Origin: Sedimentisphaeraceae bacterium JB056
GTDB taxonomy: Bacteria; Planctomycetota; Phycisphaerae; Sedimentisphaerales; Sedimentisphaeraceae
Assembly (NCBI GenBank): GCA_044440125.1
Contig: JBITAJ010000015.1
Location: forward strand, 128,001-192,000
Direction of reading: 5' to 3'
Length of the DNA: 64,000 bases
Part shown: positions 20,428 through 29,538 of the stretch, piece by piece
Layout: each line of letters begins with the position of its first letter
Numbering within the stretch: position 1 is the first letter of the stretch
Notes under the pieces: generated by a model
Seen by the model: only the letters and a program-made list of their open reading frames with translations
Told to the model about the DNA's origin: nothing
Databases searched by the model: none
Position numbers and translations under genes: made by a program

Positions 20428-20941
20428 TTTTACCTTTACTCATTTCGTTTAATGCTTCGCCGCCAAGTAAATTTGCAGAAGCATCTATGTTCTCGGCACC
20501 CATCATCTCAACTATTTTTTCAAGAGAGAGAGTCAGGGTTGCCTGCTCCAATGTTGTAAGCTCACAAAAAGATTTTGTAAAACGTTCCTGTAACAGGTTT
20601 GGCGATCGTTTTTTAGTCTCTAAACCTTTTTCCGTAATCTTTAACACTACCTTACGTCTATCCTGTGTAGACCGCGTTCTTGTAAGAAAACCTTTGATTT
20701 CAAGACGGTCAACTATTCCGTTAACCGTGCTTATACCAAGATTAATGTCTGATGCAAGCTCTGAGAGCGTCATCGATTCTTTCTTAGCAAGACTACACAG
20801 GCAAATCATCTGAGGGGCCGTTATATTCAGCTCTGTATTGAGCTTGCGGGAGTGAATATCTACCGCTCGAATAATTCTTCGCAAAGCGCGAAGAATACGA
20901 AACCCACTTGTTTCAAAAAAATCATCGTCATTTGTTTCCAA
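20414..20941 (-). CDS. MarR-family transcriptional regulator, EctR/CosR-like
   Basis: '[19 protein letters not shown]...ITAPQ' N-terminus and 'DRLE.KG...R.RS.QDRR.V..ITEKG' winged helix. Overlaps the ablA start by 14 bp. Confidence 0.9.
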   Translation of the reverse strand: METNDDDFFETSGFRILRALRRIIRAVDIHSRKLNTELNITAPQMICLCSLAKKESMTLSELASDINLGISTVNGIVDRLEIKGFLTRTRSTQDRRKVVLKITEKGLETKKRSPNLLQERFTKSFCELTTLEQATLTLSLEKIVEMMGAENIDASANLLGGEALNEMSKGKNEIK

Positions 20942-20991
20942 ATTCTGTCCCTTTAAATATAGTATGGAAATGATGATACAAACATCGAAAA

Positions 20992-21013
20992 AATGTTTCG
21001 TGTACGAAATATT
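20992..21013. promoter_or_regulatory. Palindromic operator, probably for the adjacent MarR regulator
   Basis: AATGTTTCGT-GT-ACGAAATATT (10-bp arms, 1 mismatch) overlapping the predicted -10/+1 of the operon. Confidence 0.7.
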
Positions 21014-21038
21014 ATATGAAGAATCATAATGATTTCAA
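21011..21038 (-). promoter_or_regulatory. Sigma70-type promoter of the marR-ablA operon
   Basis: Minus strand TTGAAA-N16-TATAAT. Confidence 0.6.
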
Positions 21039-21415
21039 GCTTTTTTTGCTTTTTATGATTTGCGGCAGGGTAATAGGTTAAAGAAAAAGATGGTTTTTGT
21101 CTTTTAATCAAAGCTGCAGTGTGGGTTGAGAAAGTCGTCTGTTTTCAGCTATATTATAAGCTGTTTTTGGGAGAAGTCGGATTTCTGGTTTTGAAAAGCA
21201 TGGACCCTTTTACTCTTAAAATTGTTGTTTTCAGTAACATTTCAGAAGTATTCTTTTTTGTATTTTGCTTGTTATGCTTTTGGGCAGAAATGCCAAGCGT
21301 TCTTGTAAAGTTATTGAAAATAGTACTTTAAGTTATTCGACTTGTTTTAATGTGAAAAAATATAACAATATTTTTGATAAATACGAACATAAAGTTCTTG
21401 ATTAAGTATAATAAC

Positions 21416-21433
21416 TTGATAATATTTTATCAA
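21416..21433. promoter_or_regulatory. 18-bp palindromic operator upstream of adhE (Rex-like geometry)
   Basis: TTGATAA-TATT-TTATCAA. A near-identical site lies at 41466-41483. Confidence 0.65.
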
Positions 21434-21510
21434 TCACTTGGCTGTTTCCAGGTGTGCGGCGAATTAGAGAATTAAAATTTCGACTTATATTTTAAACAGG
21501 AGTAAAAACA

Positions 21511-24159
21511 ATGAAAGATGAACAGAAGAAAGTTGTTCAGGCAAAAACAGAAAAACCGGCAGTTACTAAACCGACGGCTTCTGTTTCATCTGACGAAGGT
21601 CTGGATATGCTTGAAAAAATCATCAAGAAAGCAAAGGAAGCACAAAGATTATATGCTACATTTACACAGGAGCAGGTTGATCTGATTTTTCAGAAGGCGG
21701 CTACCGCTGCCAATTGTGCCAGGATTCCTCTTGCTAAAATGGCAGCAGAAGAAACGGGTATGGGTATCCTTGAGGATAAGGTTATAAAGAACCATTTTGC
21801 CTCTGAGTTTGTATATAACAAATTTCGTGATACTAAGACCTGCGGTGTGGTTGAGCGTGATGAGGCCAGCGGTATTTATAAAGTAGCAGAACCGGTTGGC
21901 ATTGTTGCAGGTGTTGTGCCTACTACAAACCCGACATCAACAGCCATATTCAAATCTTTACTTGCTCTTAAGACAAGAAATGCGATAGTATTTTCTCCTC
22001 ATCCCCGAGCAAGCAGGTGTACAGCTGAAGCTGCCCGCATTGTAATGGAAGCGGCAGTTAAGGCAGGTGCTCCGGAAGGTTTGGTCGGCTGTATAGAAAA
22101 ACCGACTGTTGCTTTGAGTCAAGCTTTGATGACTCATCCTGATATTGCACTTATACTTGCAACCGGAGGACCGGGAATGGTTAAGGCTGCTTATAGTTCA
22201 GGAAAACCTGCTATAGGTGTTGGAAGTGGTAATACACCTGTAGTAATTGATGAGACTGCTGACATTGAGATGGCAGTAAGTTCTGTTCTTTTAAGTAAGA
22301 CGTTTGATAATGGTCTTATATGTGCGTCTGAGCAGGCTATTATTGTTTGCGGTGAAGTTTATGATAAGGTTAAGAAAGAGCTTGAGCTTCGCGGGGCACA
22401 TATTGTAAATGCTCAACAGAGAAAGAAATTAGCTGAAACAATTGTTATAGATGGCAAGTTGAACACAAATATTGTCGGGCAATCAGCTACAAAGATCGCA
22501 GAAATGGCCGGTTTCAAAGTAGACCCGGCAGCGAGAGTTCTTATTGCTGAAGCAGAAGTAATTGGTGAATCAGAACCTTTCAGTCGTGAAAAACTCTCTC
22601 CTGTATTGGCTATGTTCAAGGCAGATAATTTTGATGATGCAGTTGATAAGGCTGTTCAGATGGTATATTACGGCGGTATGGGACATACCTCTGTCCTTTA
22701 TACTGAACCATCTAATGATGAAAGAGTTGCAAAGTTTGGGCGGATGATGAAAACTGGAAGAACATTGCTTAATATGCCTTCTTCTCAGGGTGCTATCGGT
22801 GATCTTTACAACTTTAAGCTTGAGCCGTCTTTGACACTTGGCTGTGGAAGCTGGGGCGGTAACAGCGTTAGTGAAAACGTCGGGGTAAAACATTTGCTTA
22901 ATTATAAGACTGTAGCTGAAAGGCGGGAAAATATGCTTTGGTTCAGAGTACCACCCCAGGTTTATTTCAAGTATGGATGCCTTGAAATAGCACTTGGCGA
23001 ATTAGCCAAAAAGAAAAAGGCTGTTATTGTTACCGACAGACCGATTTTTGAACTTGGAATGACTGACAGAGTAACTGAAGTACTTGAGCAGATGGATATA
23101 GAGTATGAGATATTCTATGATGTAAACCCAGATCCTGACCTTACTACAGTCAGGAAAGGACTTGAGTTGATAAACAGCTTTAATCCTGATGTTATCATTG
23201 CTCTTGGCGGCGGTTCTCCGATTGATGCAGCAAAGATAATGTGGATGATGTATGAATACCCTGATATCCGTTTTAAAGATCTTGCGATGCGATTCATGGA
23301 TATTCGCAAGCGTATTGTAAAATTCCCGGAGATGGGTAAAAAGGCAAAGATGGTGGCGATTCCAACGACCAGTGGAACAGGTTCAGAAGTCACACCGTTT
23401 GCGGTAATAACCGATGATGCAGAAGGTATCAAGTATCCAATAGCGGATTATGAGCTTACGCCGGATATGGCTATTGTGGATGCCCAACTTGTCATGAGTA
23501 TGCCTCAGGGATTGACGGCTGCATCAGGGATTGATGCGGTAACTCATGCCTTCGAAGCTATCGTTGCAGTGACTGCAACTGACTATACTAACGGCCTTGC
23601 GATGGAAAGTTTAAGATTATTATTTAAATACTTGCCAACCGCATACAAAAATGGTAGAATCAACAAAAAGGCAAGGGAAAAAGTGCATAATGCTGCTACA
23701 ATGGCTGGAATGGCATTTGCTAACGCGTTCCTTGGGCTGTGTCATTCAATGGCACATAAGCTTGGATCTGCATTTCACATTCCGCACGGCGTGGCAAACG
23801 CGATTATGTTGCCTTATATAGTTAGGTTTAACGCAGTGGATGCCCCTGCAAAGCAGGCTGCTTTCGCACAGTATACTCATCCGGTTGCAATACTAAGGTA
23901 TGCAAGGATTGCGGATTATCTTGGGATTGGCGGCGACACTAATGAGCAGAAGATTGAGAATTTGATCAAAGCTTTTGAACAGCTCAGAGAAGAGCTTAAT
24001 GTGCCGGCAAGACTTAGGGACTGTGGCGTGAATGAGAAAGAGTTTAATATCGTACTTGATAATTTGAGTGAACAGGCCTTTGATGATCAGTGTACAGGCT
24101 GTAATCCGAGGTATCCTCTTATCAGTGAGATACGTGAACTTTATAAAGCGGCTTATTGA
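21511..24159 (+). CDS. adhE: Bifunctional acetaldehyde-CoA/alcohol dehydrogenase
   Basis: PTTNPTST, ATGGPGMV, LICASEQ, TLGCGSWGGNSVSENV, GGGSPIDAAK, PTTSGTGSEVT, CHSMAHKLG and DDQCTGCNPR. SD AGGAG. Confidence 0.98.
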   Translation: MKDEQKKVVQAKTEKPAVTKPTASVSSDEGLDMLEKIIKKAKEAQRLYATFTQEQVDLIFQKAATAANCARIPLAKMAAEETGMGILEDKVIKNHFASEFVYNKFRDTKTCGVVERDEASGIYKVAEPVGIVAGVVPTTNPTSTAIFKSLLALKTRNAIVFSPHPRASRCTAEAARIVMEAAVKAGAPEGLVGCIEKPTVALSQALMTHPDIALILATGGPGMVKAAYSSGKPAIGVGSGNTPVVIDETADIEMAVSSVLLSKTFDNGLICASEQAIIVCGEVYDKVKKELELRGAHIVNAQQRKKLAETIVIDGKLNTNIVGQSATKIAEMAGFKVDPAARVLIAEAEVIGESEPFSREKLSPVLAMFKADNFDDAVDKAVQMVYYGGMGHTSVLYTEPSNDERVAKFGRMMKTGRTLLNMPSSQGAIGDLYNFKLEPSLTLGCGSWGGNSVSENVGVKHLLNYKTVAERRENMLWFRVPPQVYFKYGCLEIALGELAKKKKAVIVTDRPIFELGMTDRVTEVLEQMDIEYEIFYDVNPDPDLTTVRKGLELINSFNPDVIIALGGGSPIDAAKIMWMMYEYPDIRFKDLAMRFMDIRKRIVKFPEMGKKAKMVAIPTTSGTGSEVTPFAVITDDAEGIKYPIADYELTPDMAIVDAQLVMSMPQGLTAASGIDAVTHAFEAIVAVTATDYTNGLAMESLRLLFKYLPTAYKNGRINKKAREKVHNAATMAGMAFANAFLGLCHSMAHKLGSAFHIPHGVANAIMLPYIVRFNAVDAPAKQAAFAQYTHPVAILRYARIADYLGIGGDTNEQKIENLIKAFEQLREELNVPARLRDCGVNEKEFNIVLDNLSEQAFDDQCTGCNPRYPLISEIRELYKAAY

Positions 24160-24220
24160 TATTGACAACCCAATACTGCTGCGTATGCAATGTACGCGGC
24201 GTACCTTCTATTTTCCGCAC

Positions 24221-24260
24221 ACCTGGTTGGAGAGTTAAAACTCCAACCAGGTACTCTTTT
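24221..24260 (+). terminator. adhE terminator
   Basis: Perfect 12-bp stem ACCTGGTTGGAG-N8-CTCCAACCAGGT followed by ACTCTTTT. Confidence 0.75.
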
Positions 24261-24602
24261 GTCTATTTTTATGCTTAAGTTGGAGAAGTCTGGGATATGG
24301 ATTATTCATGAAGTTGTGTGTGTGAATGCTGAAAAACGTAATTAATTATGTTTGGTTTTTTAACTGGAAAGTCTTGTAAAGAAATTAATATAAATTGATT
24401 CACAAAAAAGTATTTGACAGAACTTGTTCTGTTTTTTGACGTTTTCAGAGCGTATAAAGTAAGTATTTTGAAAGAAATATTTTTAGTTTTAAATCGTTGA
24501 TACAAAATGTCTTAAGGTATAAAGGAAGGCACCTCTTTATCTTATTATTATTTTGTATTTATTTGTTGTTAACTTACTATTTTTTTATTATTCTATACTA
24601 TT

Positions 24603-24968
24603 ATGGCAACCAAAAGACCAATGAGTGCAGAAATAACGGCGGAATTGCTCGAAGCATTTAACGAGTATGTATCTGAAAACAGATACATCAAGTACAGAGC
24701 AATTGAGGCGGCATTTAAACTATTTATGGCCGCTCCGGAAACCCTACAATTGAAACTTATGCGAGAAGATGCGATCACAGCTGATCTGAGCGTTAAATAC
24801 TCAGATAAGCCAAGTGCTCCTAACTCCAAGCGTAAAAAATTCTCTATCGATATAGGCAAAGATGGCGAACAAGCCCAGGCTGTATCTATCGATAAGAGCG
24901 AGCTTGAAGCGCTTGAAGGCGTTATAAAGCAGATTGTGCAGGAACAGCTCGGTTCTAAAAAGGACTGA
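24603..24968 (+). CDS. Hypothetical protein, possible ribbon-helix-helix-like N-terminus
   Basis: 121-aa ORF with plausible composition. The beta-alpha-alpha pattern 'KRPMSAEITAELLEAFNEYVSENRYIKYRAIEAAFKLFM' suggests a DNA-binding fold (inference). Confidence 0.65.
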   Translation: MATKRPMSAEITAELLEAFNEYVSENRYIKYRAIEAAFKLFMAAPETLQLKLMREDAITADLSVKYSDKPSAPNSKRKKFSIDIGKDGEQAQAVSIDKSELEALEGVIKQIVQEQLGSKKD

Positions 24969-25084
24969 TTGTTCTAAGCGGTTTTCAGCTCTGTTAGCTT
25001 AGATGCCGACAAAACTGCTCGGGTAGCGTAAAGCTGCCCGATACATAACCTTGCGCAGAGGCGAACTCAGGATTACGACAAATT

Positions 25085-26776
25085 ATGGCTTATACAGTTC
25101 TGGCAAGGCGTTATAGATCGCAGACTTTCGACGATGTAGTCGGACAGGATGCAATTGCGCAAACCTTAGAGAACGCAATTAAGACAGGTAGGGTAGCACA
25201 TGCTTATCTCTTTTGCGGCACGCGTGGTGTCGGAAAAACTACCTTGGCGAGAGTTCTTGCCAAAAGTCTCAATTGCCTCAGAGTCGATGCGCCTACTACT
25301 ACGCCATGCTGTGAATGTGAAAGCTGTGTTGCTGTCAATACCGGCGAAGACATTGATGTCATAGAGATCGATGGAGCAAGCAACAATGGTGTTGACAATA
25401 TCCGAGAGCTTCGCAATAATGCGATATTCAGGCCTGCGAGAAGCAGGTACAAGGTGTATATTATCGATGAGATACATATGCTTAGTACCGGCGCATTTAA
25501 TGCTCTTCTGAAGATTCTTGAAGAGCCTCCAGCCCATGTCAAATTTATCTTTGCAACTACAGAGCCGAATAAAGTACTGCCTACGATACAATCCAGATGT
25601 CAGCGTTTTGACTTCCGCGCTATAGATGCGGCTTGCATTGGCAAGCAGCTTCGCAGCGTGTTGGACTCTGAGCATCTCACCTATACAGATGATTTTATAA
25701 CTACTGTATCCCGTTTAGCCAACGGTTCAATGAGAGATGGTTTGAGTCTTCTTGATCAGGTTATCAGCACTGGCGAGCAGCCTCTTTCTCTGGAAGTTCT
25801 TGAAGCAACTCTCGGTCAGCCTGGCCGTCAGCACATAGCATCTCTTCTAAGCTGTATCGCGGAAAAAGATGCTGCGGGTGCTTTGACGATTACTGATAAA
25901 CTTCTTACGGATGGAATGAGCTGTTTGCAGATTGCCGATGCTCTCGTAGAGTATATGCGGGATGTTATGGTGGCCTCTACTGCAGGTTCCGACAGTCCGT
26001 TGGTTATACTTACTGCTGCCGAGAGGGAAACCGTTTCAGATTTGTCGCAGAAGTTCGATATTGCTTCTCTTGTTTATGGTGTTACCGCGTTTGAAAAAAT
26101 GCGTAGTACCATAAAGAATTCGGAGAATAGCCGTGCTATTCTTGAGGCTTCAATCGTTCGTCTTGCTCTTAGTGAGAATTTTATAAGTGTTCAATCGCTT
26201 CTCCAGAGGCTTGGCAGAGGCGGCGGGGTCGCTGTAAAAAAAAACTCCGGTAGCAGCGGGGCGTCAATAAACCCGAGTTCAAGAGTTTCAAACAGGGCGC
26301 AAGGCATTGCCGGCAGTCGACCGATGAAAGCTAAGACAGAAGCTAATGCTGCGTCAAACACCGCAAATTTACCACAAATACCTTGCCAAACAATTGATGA
26401 TTTCACGTCAAAATGGAATGCAATTTCATCTGCAGTGACTGCTTCGGAACCCATGATAGCTACACTTCTAACAGGTGGAGTGCCGATTTCTTTCGAAAAT
26501 TCATTGTTGAAACTGCAATTTCCTCAAAACAGCATGTCTATAAAATTGCTTGCCGATCCGAATCGAATGGTACGTCTTTGCGACGTGCTTTCGGCTATTA
26601 TAGGCATTGATATAAAGGTTGAACCTGTCGCGGCAGGTGTTGTTGCCAGTATACCAAAGCCCAAAGGAGCAAAAACAAGTTCAAAAGAACGTCAAGAAGT
26701 CTTGAATAATCCTGGGGTTAAGACTATACTTAAGGCCTTCAAGGCGAGAGTGGTTGATATATCAACCGGTGAATGA
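25085..26776 (+). CDS. dnaX: DNA polymerase III subunit gamma/tau
   Basis: LARRYRSQTF, GTRGVGKTT, EIDGASNNGVD, IIDEIHML, TIQSRCQ and GSMRDGLSLLDQ. Confidence 0.97.
   Translation: MAYTVLARRYRSQTFDDVVGQDAIAQTLENAIKTGRVAHAYLFCGTRGVGKTTLARVLAKSLNCLRVDAPTTTPCCECESCVAVNTGEDIDVIEIDGASNNGVDNIRELRNNAIFRPARSRYKVYIIDEIHMLSTGAFNALLKILEEPPAHVKFIFATTEPNKVLPTIQSRCQRFDFRAIDAACIGKQLRSVLDSEHLTYTDDFITTVSRLANGSMRDGLSLLDQVISTGEQPLSLEVLEATLGQPGRQHIASLLSCIAEKDAAGALTITDKLLTDGMSCLQIADALVEYMRDVMVASTAGSDSPLVILTAAERETVSDLSQKFDIASLVYGVTAFEKMRSTIKNSENSRAILEASIVRLALSENFISVQSLLQRLGRGGGVAVKKNSGSSGASINPSSRVSNRAQGIAGSRPMKAKTEANAASNTANLPQIPCQTIDDFTSKWNAISSAVTASEPMIATLLTGGVPISFENSLLKLQFPQNSMSIKLLADPNRMVRLCDVLSAIIGIDIKVEPVAAGVVASIPKPKGAKTSSKERQEVLNNPGVKTILKAFKARVVDISTGE
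26236..26244 (+). other. A9 slippage / frameshift tract in dnaX
   Basis: GT-AAAAAAAAA-C at codons 384-387. Both alternative frames reach a stop within 8 codons. Confidence 0.7.
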
Positions 26777-26817
26777 GAAGTCTGGGAGAAAAATTAAGGT
26801 CAGGATCAGGGTAATAT

Positions 26818-27429
26818 ATGTCAGAGAACCCCGCTTATACAGAAAGTTTGAATAACCTTATTGAGCAGTTTGCAAAATTGCCTGGTATAGGTACGAAAAC
26901 TGCTGAAAGGCTTGCTTTTCATATTTTAAAGTCTGAGTCAAAAGAGGCAATGCTCTTGTCAGACGCCATATCTGATGTCAAAACTAAGATCAAGCAATGT
27001 TCTATATGTTTTAATCTTGCGGAAGGAGAAATCTGTCCAATATGCTCTGACCAAAAGCGTGATAGTGGAGTTATTTGTGTTGTCGAGCAGCCAAAGGATG
27101 TTATAACTCTTGAAAAGACAAGATTGTGCAAGTGGAGATATCATGTTCTTGGTGGTCATATTGCGCCTCTTGAAGGGCTTGAACCAGATGATCTTACAAT
27201 AAATGAGTTGCTTAAAAGGGTTAAGACGGAAGATATTAAGGAAGTAGTAATGGCTACTAATCCGACAGTGGAAGGGGATGGAACATCACTTTACATTGCC
27301 AGTTTGCTGAGAAACAGCGGTGTGAAAATCACCAGATTAGCAAGGGGGCTTCCTGCCGGATCGAATATAGAGTATGCAAGCAGTCCAATACTTATTGACG
27401 CCATACTTGGCCGTAATGATATGGAATAA
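26818..27429 (+). CDS. recR: Recombination mediator RecR
   Basis: LPGIGTKTAERLA HhH, C4 zinc finger, ICVVE, YHVLGG and ATNPTVEGDGT Toprim motifs. Confidence 0.97.
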   Translation: MSENPAYTESLNNLIEQFAKLPGIGTKTAERLAFHILKSESKEAMLLSDAISDVKTKIKQCSICFNLAEGEICPICSDQKRDSGVICVVEQPKDVITLEKTRLCKWRYHVLGGHIAPLEGLEPDDLTINELLKRVKTEDIKEVVMATNPTVEGDGTSLYIASLLRNSGVKITRLARGLPAGSNIEYASSPILIDAILGRNDME

Positions 27430-27449
27430 TTACATTGAAGAGCAGACGA

Positions 27450-28886
27450 ATGAAAATTAACATTGTATTTTTGATCTTTACAGCTTTGCTAAGCAGTACT
27501 TATGCGTATACAGGAAGGCTTTGGATGACAACAGACGCTATTTGCACTGAGCAGATAGACGCTTTTTACAAAACAGATATTTCTGATACAGCAAGGCTGA
27601 AATTCATTAGAGGCCCCAAAGCTGATACAACGGGTATTCAGGCTAATAGTGAATCGATACTTGCCAAAGCCATGCTGCAATCCCAAATAGGTCCGGAGGG
27701 AACTGTTGCATTTTGGGTTCATTTTGACAAAAGCTATCAAACAGGAGTAAACACTAAATCTCAAAACAAAAGTATATTTGAGATTGAAAACCTTTGTTCG
27801 CTTACTTTTGAACAATCGGCAAGTACTCTTGATTTTATATGGCGATGGAACAAATCTCAGGGGAATACGCAATATCATGACCTGCATATTCTTGCTCCTG
27901 AGTTGCCGGGGGATCAGTGGGTTCAACTGGTATTCAGGTGGAGCAGCAGCAAGGGGATTTTCAATTGCTATATAAATGGAACTCCATACAGGCAGGATGA
28001 AACCATTAACGGGCTTAATAATCCGTTTGGCAATAATATGGTGGTATATGTCTCAGATATTGGTTTCAGCGAAATGATAATTTCTGATCAGATGATAGAA
28101 GGAAGGCTTCTTGAAAAACTTCTGGCTGTAGAGAAGACTGAACTGCTTGACAGGATATTCGGTAATGAACGCATTAATAAGCTTGATGCGGAATTTATAC
28201 AGGGTAAACTGCTCTATTCTAATCCCCTTCGTTCGCCTAAGGACATTCGCGGTTGGCTTCCTGAGGGGCAGGCAAAAGTGTCTTTTGATCAAAATGGTCT
28301 TGTTCTTGAATCCTACAAGCCTGACGGCTCTCTCAGTGAAGGAAATGTTGTGTTATGGTGTGGTGATGATTTGCCTGCCAATTTTATAGCAAAATGGAAA
28401 TTTCAGCCTCTCGACCAATACGGCCATGCGATGGTGCTTTTCTGTGCCAAGGGTAAGAACGGTAAAAATATTTATGATCCTTCCATTGATGCGCGTGACG
28501 GCACTTTTTCGCAATATGTTTATGGGGATATAAATTCTTATCATATAACATATTATGCTAATACTCCTTATTCGGCCAGAAATAAGAGCAGCTTATGGAA
28601 AAATGCAGGTTTCTATCTTGCCGATTACGGGCCATCTGTGGTTGAGCCCGGTTCAACAGAGATATACGAGGCTACGCTTGTAAAGATTGGCGGCAAAATA
28701 GCAATGGCAATAAACAATTGGGTGATTGTGGACTTTTTTGATGATGGTCAGCGGTTTGGTGATGTACTCAATTGGGGCAAGATCGGTTTCAGGCAGATGA
28801 AATGGACCAAGATGAGGTATTCTGACTTTGAGATATATGATATTAAGCTTCCTAAAAAGCAGGAAGATAAAGAAACTGATGACTGA
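27450..28886 (+). CDS. Secreted protein with LamG/concanavalin-like N-domain and DUF1961 (YesU-like) C-domain
   Basis: Signal peptide, 'EGTVAFW...WVQLVFRW...YING', and C-terminal 'RDGTFSQY..GDINSYHITYYA...GKIGFRQM'. Confidence 0.7.
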   Translation: MKINIVFLIFTALLSSTYAYTGRLWMTTDAICTEQIDAFYKTDISDTARLKFIRGPKADTTGIQANSESILAKAMLQSQIGPEGTVAFWVHFDKSYQTGVNTKSQNKSIFEIENLCSLTFEQSASTLDFIWRWNKSQGNTQYHDLHILAPELPGDQWVQLVFRWSSSKGIFNCYINGTPYRQDETINGLNNPFGNNMVVYVSDIGFSEMIISDQMIEGRLLEKLLAVEKTELLDRIFGNERINKLDAEFIQGKLLYSNPLRSPKDIRGWLPEGQAKVSFDQNGLVLESYKPDGSLSEGNVVLWCGDDLPANFIAKWKFQPLDQYGHAMVLFCAKGKNGKNIYDPSIDARDGTFSQYVYGDINSYHITYYANTPYSARNKSSLWKNAGFYLADYGPSVVEPGSTEIYEATLVKIGGKIAMAINNWVIVDFFDDGQRFGDVLNWGKIGFRQMKWTKMRYSDFEIYDIKLPKKQEDKETDD

Positions 28887-29056
28887 TTATATGGGGCCAA
28901 AGGCGAGATTTTGTTAGAATCATGTTTAATATGATGATATTAGCAAAAAAAACTTGACAAATTACGTGTATTGTACGAAAATATATGCGGTATATAATAG
29001 GATGATTGTAATATTGGCCCTTACAGGCGATTAAACAAGGACATGGAGTGAAAATA

Positions 29057-29515
29057 ATGAAAAAGGTTTTAGTTATTTTAATTGCAGTATATCTCTTCAC
29101 TGGTTTTGCAGTTGCGGGATATATGCAGATAGATGCAGAGAACAGCGAAAATGCTGTTACTGCAATTTTAGACGAGGTTATGCCGGCTGATTCGATTAGT
29201 GGTTTTTCAGTGCAGTTGTTGGATCAAATACCTGTTCAGGGAGATCAGGCAGTTGAGTCTGATTTGAATGCTGAAAGCATTTCTACTGTTAGCTGGAGCC
29301 CTAAGGCTATTTCTGCATCTGAGGATATCGCTGTTGCCGGTTCTGGAAAGTCTGTTTCTTTAACTGGTTACCCAGTGGTTGCTTCTTCTGCAACTGAACC
29401 TGTTCTCGGTGGAACTAATGAGCTAAGTACAAATGATTTTGTTGTAACAGTTCCTGAACCTGTTACTATTGCTTTACTGGGACTTGGCGGATTTTTCATA
29501 CGTAAAAAACGCTGA
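29057..29515 (+). CDS. PEP-CTERM sorting-domain surface protein (low complexity, Ser/Ala/Val/Asp-rich)
   Basis: Signal peptide and C-terminal VPEPVTIALLGLGGFFIRKKR; GGAG lies 8 nt before ATG 29057. Confidence 0.9.
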   Translation: MKKVLVILIAVYLFTGFAVAGYMQIDAENSENAVTAILDEVMPADSISGFSVQLLDQIPVQGDQAVESDLNAESISTVSWSPKAISASEDIAVAGSGKSVSLTGYPVVASSATEPVLGGTNELSTNDFVVTVPEPVTIALLGLGGFFIRKKR

Positions 29516-29538
29516 TTCCCATGATTAATCAAAAACTC

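Noticed and set aside
21119..21331. 70-aa ORF between marR and adhE
   Set aside because: GTG start without a clear SD, T-rich low-complexity sequence, and no recognisable motif.
21350..21368. Second Rex/CRP-like site ATGTGA-N7-TAACAA upstream of adhE
   Set aside because: The spacer is one base too long and the region is very AT-rich, so it is not supportable alone.
21416..21433. FNR box
   Set aside because: The TTGAT/ATCAA half-sites are 8 bp apart, not the 4 bp FNR requires.
24260..24600. AT-rich region as a possible replication origin
   Set aside because: No cluster of DnaA boxes (TTATCCACA) was seen. The 47274-47720 spacer has only isolated imperfect matches.
24969..25084. SRP RNA (ffs) expected upstream of dnaX
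   Set aside because: The conserved helix-8 motif (CAGG...GNRA...AGCAG) is absent on both strands. Kept only as an unassigned structure.
24283..26787. 13-bp direct repeat GAGAAGTCTGGGA at 24283 and 26775 (partial copy at 21171)
   Set aside because: It flanks an essential gene with no recombinase or transposase nearby, and one such match among all intergenic DNA is plausible by chance.
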